Positions 29,715-38,078 of a DNA stretch of 38,896 bases are shown one piece after another. A program made the position numbers and the translations under genes. Every line of letters starts with the position of its first letter. The stretch's first letter is position 1. The DNA comes from Sulfuricurvum sp. (GTDB taxonomy: Bacteria; Campylobacterota; Campylobacteria; Campylobacterales; Sulfurimonadaceae). The notes under the pieces were generated by a model, which did no database searches, had not been told where the DNA came from, and saw nothing but the letters and a program-made list of their open reading frames with translations. The stretch lies in NCBI GenBank assembly GCA_030679635.1, contig JAUXSZ010000177.1, positions 1 to 38,896 on the forward strand. The letters run 5' to 3'.

Positions 29715-32133
29715 TATTTTCCTTCGGGAGTGGTCGGTGGTTGGCGTATTGGTCAAACGCGATTTTCCCCGAACCGCAGGCAAAACATCCATGACCTACC
29801 TGCACGGGCCAGCTGGTCCCCTCATTAAACTTCACTTGCGAACAATTCATCTGCGCATAAGGCCCTTTGCATCCCATTTGAAAAAGGCACCACCCTTTTT
29901 TCGCCCCTTCATCGCCCCACTCCAAGACAAATTCACCCAGATCAAAATGGCCGCGCCGTTCGCAGTTGTCGTGTACCCGAAATCCATAGGCCCATTCGGG
30001 GCGGTTTTTGGCATCGAGTTTGGGGAACTCCTCGAACATCATGAAATGCAGGAGTGTCCCCACGATATTGATAGGATTGACCGGGCATCCGGGGAGATTG
30101 ATAATATCGGCTCTCCCCAGTGCCTCCGCCACTCCGACAGCACCGGTCGGATTCGGTGCCGCCGCCACTACCCCTCCGTCATACGCACACGATCCCACCG
30201 CAATGACCGCTGCCGCATTTTTGGCGACACGCTGTAGCAGTGCATGTCCTGTCTCCCCTTTGACGCCGATACGGAGAAACTTCCCATCAAGCCCAAGAGG
30301 GACGGCCCCCTCGACGATTAAGACATATTTTCCAGAATCATATTTAATAATATTATCAAGTACGCTTTCCGATTGTTCCCCCGATCCCGCCATCAGAAGT
30401 TCATGGTAATCGAGAGAGATGTATTTGAGAATCAAATCATCGATTTTTGGATGGGAGGATTTAATAAACCCTTCCGAGTTTCCGCTGCAATCGGCCAGTT
30501 CGAGCCAAATAATCGGAATTTTATTGAGCTTGGTCACCCCCTCTTTGACGACCTCTTCGAAATCGGGATGCAAATGCATCGTTGCCGTAATCATCGAAAC
30601 CCATTTATTGAATTCCCGACTCATGTCAAACGATGCCATCGCCTCCTCAAGGTTTTCAGCACTGAGCTGATTTTTAGGATGGATGGCATTGTATTTTTCA
30701 ATCCGCGCGCGAACCCGGGCCAGATCGGCCTCTTTGGCGTCATCCTCTCGCTTGGATCGCAAGCGTGCTGCTTCTGCGGCATCAACCGGCGTTGCGGCGA
30801 TCAGAGAGCACACATCCTGCTTGCATCGGCCGCATACCCGTCCCGCGTTGCTGTAGGGTTTAAGCTCCGCGAACGAGGTGACCGCATTGAGTTTAATGAT
30901 CTCGATCAGCTCTTCTTCGTAAACGCTTTCACAACTGCAGACAAGACGCCCTTTTCCGCTTTTTAGCCGATTTGAATAGAGATAGGCTGCATCGATTTTT
31001 TCGTTTATCTCCATCAGCTGCTTGAGACGGATCAAATCAATATTGGTATTGATACCGATAAACCGTTTCAGTAAATCGTGGTTGACGATGTAGTGATCGA
31101 TACGATTTTCATGGCTTATCAGGATGGTTTCGTTATCGGTATCTTTGGGGTCATACGTGGGGGAAGTAACGTCAGCGAACAAAAACGAGCCTACTTTCAA
31201 GCCGTCGATCGATACCTCTTGGGTGAAGCTTTTGGATGGCAATCCCAGCATATTGGAGATGGCAACATCGGCTTGCAGGGTACACTCTTTGACCCGTCCC
31301 GCGATAAAGCCGCTGGTACGCAACTGCGCCGCTTCGCCGACGCAATAGATATCGGAATCGGAGGTGCGCATCGTTTCGTTCACCAAGATCCCTTTGTCGC
31401 ACTCAAGCACATCGCGAGCAAAAGTAATATGAGGATCGATTCCGACACCAAAGATAAGAAACGGATCCCCAATCACTCCGTGACGTGTCTGGATTTCAGT
31501 GATGCGATCCTCTTGTATGCGCTTATCCACAATTTCATCATTAAACCAAATCCGTATTCTCGGATCGTGTTCAAAAATTTCTCGCAGCTGTGCCACCCCC
31601 TCACGGCTCAGATCCTGAGAATATAGATAATCCTTTCGTGCCAGCAGCGTAATCGATTTTGGGAAGGGGCTGCGCATCAGCGTATCGAGAAGTTCCAGCC
31701 CGATAGGTCCCACTCCGACAATGACGACATTTTTTCCGACAATCCCCTGTGCTATTTTGTCACTGTCACGCTCACTGCGAAACGTGGAAGCGTTGGTGAT
31801 CCCTTGAATATCAAAGAGTGTTTTTGGGGTTGATCCGGTGGCAATGATCAGTTTGTCATAGGAAAATACGGCATGTTCGCTAAAAATACGTTTGGCAGAT
31901 ACATCGATGCGGAGAATGGTTTGGTTGAGTTCCAGACGCACTTTTGGATTCAGATCAAGGGTGATAGATTCAACGCATTGGCTTTTGTCCACGAGGGCAC
32001 AAAGGTGAATTCTGTCATACGGAGGATGGGATTCATCGGATACGATTACCACCTCACAAGCAGGTTCTTTTTGCAGTATTGCATTGGCAAGATAGACGGC
32101 AGATACTCCACCTCCCACAATAACGATACGCAT
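29707..32133 (-). CDS. Fusion protein: NirB-like FAD/NAD(P)H oxidoreductase + BFD [2Fe-2S] + [NiFe]-hydrogenase small subunit
   Basis: One 808-aa ORF: IVIVGGG, PPYDRIHL, IATGS, VGVGPIGLE, TSDSDIYCVGE; CSC-x32-CGRC; then IWLELADCSGNSE, LDYHE, VEG, GSCA, PGCP, HDNC, WCLFQMGCKGP, GHGCFAC. Confidence 0.92.
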   Translation of the reverse strand: MRIVIVGGGVSAVYLANAILQKEPACEVVIVSDESHPPYDRIHLCALVDKSQCVESITLDLNPKVRLELNQTILRIDVSAKRIFSEHAVFSYDKLIIATGSTPKTLFDIQGITNASTFRSERDSDKIAQGIVGKNVVIVGVGPIGLELLDTLMRSPFPKSITLLARKDYLYSQDLSREGVAQLREIFEHDPRIRIWFNDEIVDKRIQEDRITEIQTRHGVIGDPFLIFGVGIDPHITFARDVLECDKGILVNETMRTSDSDIYCVGEAAQLRTSGFIAGRVKECTLQADVAISNMLGLPSKSFTQEVSIDGLKVGSFLFADVTSPTYDPKDTDNETILISHENRIDHYIVNHDLLKRFIGINTNIDLIRLKQLMEINEKIDAAYLYSNRLKSGKGRLVCSCESVYEEELIEIIKLNAVTSFAELKPYSNAGRVCGRCKQDVCSLIAATPVDAAEAARLRSKREDDAKEADLARVRARIEKYNAIHPKNQLSAENLEEAMASFDMSREFNKWVSMITATMHLHPDFEEVVKEGVTKLNKIPIIWLELADCSGNSEGFIKSSHPKIDDLILKYISLDYHELLMAGSGEQSESVLDNIIKYDSGKYVLIVEGAVPLGLDGKFLRIGVKGETGHALLQRVAKNAAAVIAVGSCAYDGGVVAAAPNPTGAVGVAEALGRADIINLPGCPVNPINIVGTLLHFMMFEEFPKLDAKNRPEWAYGFRVHDNCERRGHFDLGEFVLEWGDEGAKKGWCLFQMGCKGPYAQMNCSQVKFNEGTSWPVQVGHGCFACGSGKIAFDQYANHRPLPKENNE

Positions 32134-32160
32134 AGTTTTTCCTTTAATGAATTGGGTGTT

Positions 32161-32201
32161 ATTATGACACAAAGTTCTCTTTTATTTTTAACTATTATAA
32201 T
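32161..32201. promoter_or_regulatory. Divergent promoter region (minus-strand TGTCATAAT at 32161-32169; plus-strand TATAAT at 32196-32201)
   Basis: -10-like hexamers about 25-30 bp upstream of each divergent start codon. Confidence 0.45.
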
Positions 32202-32225
32202 CCATTTTAAAAATCAGGAATAGAG

Positions 32226-33071
32226 ATGCAAAAAAATACTATTGATGATGCGATTACCGCGGCTTTTGTTGCGGATGCTTATGCACTGGGTGCCCACTGG
32301 ATATACGATGAAGAGCAGTTAAAAACCCTTCCCCTCAATTGGGAAGAACTCAATGCCCCGCAAGCGATGTGGCATAAAGGGAAACAGAAAGGGGATTTTA
32401 CCCATTACGGTGATCATGGAAAGTGGCTTTATGAATGTGTCCAGAAAAACAATCGTTTTGAGATATCTCTTTATGCCGATTATTGGAGGGAGAAAATGGA
32501 AGAGTATACGGGTTATGTGGACGGTTCCAGTCGCGAAACCCTATCACTCCTAAAGCAAGATCCGAAAACACGCAAAGGGTCCCATTCTCATGATCTTTCC
32601 ATCATTGGCCGTATTGCACCGCTGCTTTTGGTCACCTCTAGCAAAGAGTCCTTTTTAGATCACGTACAAAACTTTGTATCGTTTACCCATAACAGTGAAA
32701 TAGTTCTTGAAGCAGCCCGATTTTTTGCCGCTGTTTTGTATGATGTTGGAGAGGGGAGCCGTATTGAAGAGGCGTTAAAAAGGGTACACGTCCCTCTTCT
32801 CTTACAAAATGGTTACCATGCAGCAATGCAAAGCAAGGGTGAAAACAGTTTTACTGCCATTCGAAATTTCGGTCCGGCATGTGGTGTTGAAGGCGGATTT
32901 GAAGGGGTGATCCACCTTTTGATGACGTATGATGATTACAAAGAAGCGATGATCGCCAATGCAAAAGCGGGCGGAGACACGGCGGCACGCGGAATGGTTG
33001 TTGGGATGATCATGGGTGCGGCGGGCAAAAAGGTTCCAGAATCTTGGAAAAATGGGACAAATAACCTCTGA
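32226..33071 (+). CDS. ADP-ribosylglycohydrolase family protein
   Basis: VADAYALG, SFTHN, GGDTAARG..VG; THYGD in place of the usual TDD. Confidence 0.8.
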   Translation: MQKNTIDDAITAAFVADAYALGAHWIYDEEQLKTLPLNWEELNAPQAMWHKGKQKGDFTHYGDHGKWLYECVQKNNRFEISLYADYWREKMEEYTGYVDGSSRETLSLLKQDPKTRKGSHSHDLSIIGRIAPLLLVTSSKESFLDHVQNFVSFTHNSEIVLEAARFFAAVLYDVGEGSRIEEALKRVHVPLLLQNGYHAAMQSKGENSFTAIRNFGPACGVEGGFEGVIHLLMTYDDYKEAMIANAKAGGDTAARGMVVGMIMGAAGKKVPESWKNGTNNL

Positions 33072-33248
33072 TTAAACGTTTTGAGCGACAATATGACGCA
33101 ATTTTTGCGATATACGCATCGACTCCCACTATACGGTCAAAAAAAAGAGTATTATTCTATACAGATAATTAAATTTTTACTTCGGGCAAAAAAAGCTCTC
33201 TTGTGTGAATTAAACGGAACTCTGTAGAAAAGGTTATACTTACGGCCC

Positions 33249-33458
33249 ATGAAAATTAAAAAAGATGACCTCATTACTATTGAAAGCCCCAATGGAAGAA
33301 CCTTGGGGGAATGCCTTCATGCTGAATTTTTATCCATCCGAATGATTCATGGTCAGTTTGTTTCCACGCTTCATATCAAAGACAAACCAAAGCGGATGAC
33401 GAGAGAAGAAGCCCTCCAATACTATACCAAAAAATTAAAGTGTGCATGGGGAAAATAA
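33249..33458 (+). CDS. Small hypothetical protein
   Basis: 69-aa ATG ORF filling an otherwise empty gap; TATACT just upstream; its stop abuts the recQ stop. Confidence 0.5.
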   Translation: MKIKKDDLITIESPNGRTLGECLHAEFLSIRMIHGQFVSTLHIKDKPKRMTREEALQYYTKKLKCAWGK

Positions 33459-35261
33459 TTAAAGCGTTTGCTTTTTTATAGATCCGCACAACGCCAAAAA
33501 TTCCTCTCCATATCTATCAAATTTCACATCACCTATTCCCCCGACTTGCAACATTTCTGTTTTATTTTGCGGAAGTTTTTGGGCCATCTCTTGGAGTGTT
33601 TTATCGCTAAAAACGACATAAGGAGGAACGGAATTTTGTTTCGCTATGGCCGTTCTCAATCCTCTTAATTGCTCAAAAACATCGTGATTATCCCTTGAAG
33701 TATAGGAAGATTTAGTCGATGCCAAATGGCGTTTCTGGTCTGCCAATCTCTCTTTTCGAATCGTCACGGGAAGGGACTTTTTAATAATATCCATGCCGAA
33801 TTCGTCCAGCGCCAACACTCTGAAATCACCCTGCCTCAGCGCTTTTAATTCCATCAGTCTGTCCCCAACCGTAAGCCAATGGTGGCGGCTTTTATCTTTC
33901 CCTATTGCGTATACGGTGAGGGTTTCGTGTCCGTTTTGTTCTATTTTTTCATTCGCCAAACCCAATAAAACATCAACAACATAATGAAGCCCAAACCGCT
34001 GAGAGGTACGATAGACGCACGAGAGGAGCTTGAGGGCATCTTGGGTAATGTCGACACTCTCCTTGTCCGTCTCAAGGCAGTTGTCGCATTGTGACACGCA
34101 GGCATCCGAGCTGTCATCAAAATATTCGGCTATGAGTTGGTGGCGACACATCTGTGAAGAGGCAAATTTTCCGGTTGCCTCCAATTTATCAAACCCCAGT
34201 TTTTTGTAGGGAGAATCGCTTTGGGATTCGATCATCCGTTTGCGTTCTGCTAAATCGGAAGCCGAAAAAAGGAGCAGCGTAGAGGCCGCCAGTCCATCAC
34301 GTCCGGCGCGCCCGATCTCCTGATAGTAGTTTTCGATGGTTTTTGGGAGGGTTGTATGCACGACGAAGCGTATATTGCTTTTGTCGATTCCCATCCCGAA
34401 CGCTACCGTGGCGACGACGACTCTGATTTCATCGTTCAAAAATGCGCGGTACGTCTCATTTTTTTGCAGTGTCGGCAATCCTGCGTGATACGGCTGTGCG
34501 GGGATTTTTTTGGCCGACAAAAACTCGGCGATACTCTCAGCCTCTTTGCGGGTGAACGTATAGACGATGCCGCTTTCGTTTTCATACTTGGAGAGAAAAT
34601 CCAGAAGCTGTTCCCTCCCATTTCCCTTTCTATGAACCGCACTGATGTGTAAATTGTCCCGACGAACTTTTGCCCGTATCAGAACCGGATTACGCAGGCG
34701 AAGCTGAGTAAGTATGTCCTGTTCTACGGGATGGGTTGCCGTAGCCGTGAACGCCGCTATGGGTACGGTAGGAAATAGCTCACGCAAGCGGTAGAGCTGC
34801 CGATAATCTTCTCTAAATTCATGCCCCCATTCGCTTACGCAGTGGGCTTCATCAACGACAAAAAAATCGATGGGGACATCGTTCAAAAATCGTAGGAACT
34901 CTCCGCTTTTTAACCGCTCGGGAGCGATGTATAAAAACTTCAGCTTTGCCGCTAAGGCGAGGCGCATGATCTCATTTATCTCATCGGGAGACTGCATGGA
35001 GGATATCATAGCGGCCTCTATTCCAAAAGCCCCCAGTGCCGTTATCTGATCGTGCATCAAAGCCAAAAGGGGCGAGACGACAACGGTAACACCGTCCATC
35101 AAAAGCGAGGGGAGTTGGTAACAAAGAGATTTTCCGGCACCCGTAGGGAGAATCATCATCACATCTCGGCCACCCACGATGGCATCCACGGCCTCCTCTT
35201 GAAATGCCCTAAAAGAGGAGTGTCCGAAAACGCTTTTTAATACTTGGTACTTTTTATCCAC
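33459..35261 (-). CDS. recQ: ATP-dependent DNA helicase RecQ
   Basis: PTGAGKSLCYQ, DEAHCVSEWGHEFR, QEIGRAGRDG, RQC Cys cluster, HRDC (PPYVVFSD); GTG start. Confidence 0.96.
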   Translation of the reverse strand: MDKKYQVLKSVFGHSSFRAFQEEAVDAIVGGRDVMMILPTGAGKSLCYQLPSLLMDGVTVVVSPLLALMHDQITALGAFGIEAAMISSMQSPDEINEIMRLALAAKLKFLYIAPERLKSGEFLRFLNDVPIDFFVVDEAHCVSEWGHEFREDYRQLYRLRELFPTVPIAAFTATATHPVEQDILTQLRLRNPVLIRAKVRRDNLHISAVHRKGNGREQLLDFLSKYENESGIVYTFTRKEAESIAEFLSAKKIPAQPYHAGLPTLQKNETYRAFLNDEIRVVVATVAFGMGIDKSNIRFVVHTTLPKTIENYYQEIGRAGRDGLAASTLLLFSASDLAERKRMIESQSDSPYKKLGFDKLEATGKFASSQMCRHQLIAEYFDDSSDACVSQCDNCLETDKESVDITQDALKLLSCVYRTSQRFGLHYVVDVLLGLANEKIEQNGHETLTVYAIGKDKSRHHWLTVGDRLMELKALRQGDFRVLALDEFGMDIIKKSLPVTIRKERLADQKRHLASTKSSYTSRDNHDVFEQLRGLRTAIAKQNSVPPYVVFSDKTLQEMAQKLPQNKTEMLQVGGIGDVKFDRYGEEFLALCGSIKKQTL

Positions 35262-35318
35262 CGATTTCCTTCTGCATATGAAACGTGAATGCTATATTAC
35301 CCAACTCTGTCCATAATC

Positions 35319-37922
35319 TCATTCATCATTATTATTGTTTTCAAGCTGAACGTGAACCAGTTTATTTTTCGGTTCGCCAAAATAATATCCTTGTGAGTAA
35401 TCGATACCGAGCCCTTTCACAGTGTTGTAAACCGCTTCGTCACAAACGTATTCCGCAATCGTTTTGATACCGGTACGTTTTGCAAAGTCTACAATGGTTT
35501 TAACAACTTCGATAGTATTGACATCGGTGTTGATGTATCGGATCATCGAACCATCGATTTTAATAAAATCGGGTTGCAGTCGAAGTAAATATTCAAAATT
35601 AGAATATCCAGTTCCAAAGTCATCTATAGCGATCTCGCATCCGCTCTCTTTGGCATCGAGGATAAAGTTGACAACTTGATCAAAGTTTTCAATCCCCTCA
35701 GATTCAACCAATTCGATCACAACACGCCCTTTTACATCATATTTCTGGAGCATTTGATGAAAATAGAGTTTAAAATCTTCGGATAGAACATCCTCTATCG
35801 TTAGATTAATCGAGAAGGAGACTGTTGTATTAGCAAACCGTTCAAAGCTACTTTGGATAACCCGTTTGGTGATTTCATGATATTGCTTTGATTTTTTGGC
35901 AATATTTAAAAAGAAGAAGGGAGAAACAAGTTTCCCATCTTCATCGATGAGGCGGACTAAAGACTCATATTTTTCGATTTTTCCTGTCTGATTATTCACT
36001 ATGGGTTGATAATGGGTAAGGATGCGGTTTTCTTCCAATGCTTCTTTAATTTTGAGAGCCCAGCATATGTTATCAGCGTACTCTTTTTCCAAGGATAGTT
36101 CTTCCGTATAAACTACAAAAGGGACTTTTTGCTTTTTACCAATTGTCAGAGCCATATCACACGTAGATATAAGTTTTTTAGCCGGTTCAAAGGTAATTCC
36201 AATAGTAGTTTCAAGGGGAATCGGTTTGAGAAAAATCACAAGAGGTTTGGATCGAATCTCTGTAGATATTTGATGTAACAGAGCCAAGAATGTCTGGCGG
36301 TCCATTTGGTCTGCGAGCAAGGCAAATATGTCTGAGCCTAAACGGTAAAGCTGTACTTTCCCCTCCGTCATTGTTACGAGTAACTGACTGAGCTTTATGA
36401 TGACTTGATCTCCAACATTTTGTCCATAAAAGTCATTAATTTCACTAAACCGATCCACATCAATAAATGCCAAGCTAGGATCTTTTGCGTCAGTAATATC
36501 GTTGATGAGGCAAAAACGGTTGCCCAGTTGTGTAAGGGCGTCGGTGTTGGCCGCATGTTGAAGATCTTCACGGCTTTTAACCAATTCCGTAACATTGTGA
36601 CTTACAGAGATATATTCGGTCACATTGCCAAATTCATTAAAAAATGGGGCTATAAGCGTATCGACATAATACTCGGAGCCGTCTTTGGCTTTATTTTTGA
36701 GAATCCCTTTCCAGCTCTTTTTGCGTTCTAACGTACTCCATAATTCTGTAAAGGTTTGGGGTGGGGTATCAGGATGGCGGATGAGACTATGAGGCAGTCC
36801 GATAAGTTCTTCCCTCATATACCCGCTAATATGGCAAAAATTGTCATTGGCGTATGTAATTTCCCCTTTTAGGTCACTTTTGCTAACAATGTTATGATGA
36901 TCCAAAACCTTTTTATAGCGGTCAAGTTCTTGCAGTGTGGTGGAGAGATTATGGTTGCTCTCTTCGAGTTGACCGATCAAGGTACTAAGCCAACGGTTTA
37001 TAAAATAGAGTAATAGGAGAATAAGAGTGAACGCTCCTACTCCGTAAAAAAATATTTTTAGAAAAGCACTGTAGGCTTTAGTTGTATTATCACGGATAAA
37101 AATGGCTTTGGAGATTTCATGATTTTGGTAATTATTTAATGGAACGATTGTAGTGGCATATCGATTCAAGTTATAACGAATGGATAAATGGCTTCCCTCG
37201 ATCTTTGCATTTTGAAGTTGGCCGAAAAGTTCAGGTGTCATACCCATAACGGCATCTAACCAATATTTTCCTAAACGGCTCTGATAAACGTCTGCGTTGA
37301 GGAGGGGGTCGGCAGGAATGAGAACCAGCCCTGATATTCCGATTGAGTCATGAATGTCTTCGATCAACCGCTTGGGATCAGAGCCGATTTCAAGGGCGCC
37401 CTCGTATTTACCGTTAATGATGATCGGAACGGCAACACGGTAGGCCAATCCGTATATTCCAATCTCAAATCCATCAACACCCTGATGAGTTTTGTGAACA
37501 TGTGCGATCATGGGGCGTTTTTTTGCGATCATATCGCCATAATGGCCTTGCTCATGCATCCGTACAAAAGATACTCCATTGCCCTCGTGAAGTTGAAGAA
37601 TACTGATGTTTTGGTTTTTCACAGCATCCCATCGCTCATTCCATAAGCGGACTACCTCTAAACGGTCACGTTTTAAAAATGCCTGGCTAAATCCTGGTGT
37701 TGCTATAAATGCATTTAATATGGATTCATCGTTTAATCGTTGACGCTCGAAAATTTGCTCATAAGCAAAACGAGAAAATTTTTCATCGTTATATTGTAAG
37801 GTACTGAGATACTCTCTTTCGTTATAAGTAAACAGGCCACCTGCCGCTAATGCAAACAGAACCATTGCCCCTGATACCAATAATAAAGTTTTGTTCTTGA
37901 TTGATAAATTTTGTAATTTCAT
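35319..37922 (-). CDS. Membrane Cache-PAS-GGDEF(degenerate)-EAL c-di-GMP phosphodiesterase
   Basis: Two TM helices around a periplasmic Cache-like domain, PAS (YANDNFC.ISGY..HSLIRHPD), RLGSDIF, ESLVR, DDFGTGYS, IKIDG, QGY. Confidence 0.9.
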   Translation of the reverse strand: MKLQNLSIKNKTLLLVSGAMVLFALAAGGLFTYNEREYLSTLQYNDEKFSRFAYEQIFERQRLNDESILNAFIATPGFSQAFLKRDRLEVVRLWNERWDAVKNQNISILQLHEGNGVSFVRMHEQGHYGDMIAKKRPMIAHVHKTHQGVDGFEIGIYGLAYRVAVPIIINGKYEGALEIGSDPKRLIEDIHDSIGISGLVLIPADPLLNADVYQSRLGKYWLDAVMGMTPELFGQLQNAKIEGSHLSIRYNLNRYATTIVPLNNYQNHEISKAIFIRDNTTKAYSAFLKIFFYGVGAFTLILLLLYFINRWLSTLIGQLEESNHNLSTTLQELDRYKKVLDHHNIVSKSDLKGEITYANDNFCHISGYMREELIGLPHSLIRHPDTPPQTFTELWSTLERKKSWKGILKNKAKDGSEYYVDTLIAPFFNEFGNVTEYISVSHNVTELVKSREDLQHAANTDALTQLGNRFCLINDITDAKDPSLAFIDVDRFSEINDFYGQNVGDQVIIKLSQLLVTMTEGKVQLYRLGSDIFALLADQMDRQTFLALLHQISTEIRSKPLVIFLKPIPLETTIGITFEPAKKLISTCDMALTIGKKQKVPFVVYTEELSLEKEYADNICWALKIKEALEENRILTHYQPIVNNQTGKIEKYESLVRLIDEDGKLVSPFFFLNIAKKSKQYHEITKRVIQSSFERFANTTVSFSINLTIEDVLSEDFKLYFHQMLQKYDVKGRVVIELVESEGIENFDQVVNFILDAKESGCEIAIDDFGTGYSNFEYLLRLQPDFIKIDGSMIRYINTDVNTIEVVKTIVDFAKRTGIKTIAEYVCDEAVYNTVKGLGIDYSQGYYFGEPKNKLVHVQLENNNNDE

Positions 37923-38078
37923 ACTTGATTATCTCATTGTTATATTATTTTATTATGTTGTTTCATAGTTTATTTAACTCATGCTAAATATATACTTGGA
38001 TCAAAACAACAACACAAGGAACAAAACTTGTGTAAGAAGCGTTTAGTTCGATAAAATAACGAAAATAAAAGGGACTCT

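Noticed and set aside
30622-30650. Internal translation start at MASFD or MSREF giving a separate small subunit
   Set aside because: No stop precedes it, the GAGGAG is poorly spaced from both ATGs and is explained by Glu-Glu codons.
30780-32133. Calling the fusion a nitrite reductase NirB
   Set aside because: The siroheme/[4Fe-4S] catalytic half is absent; a hydrogenase small subunit is in its place.
33072-33234. Possible riboswitch or ncRNA in the intergenic gap
   Set aside because: No convincing paired stems or recognisable consensus by eye; an Rfam scan would be needed.
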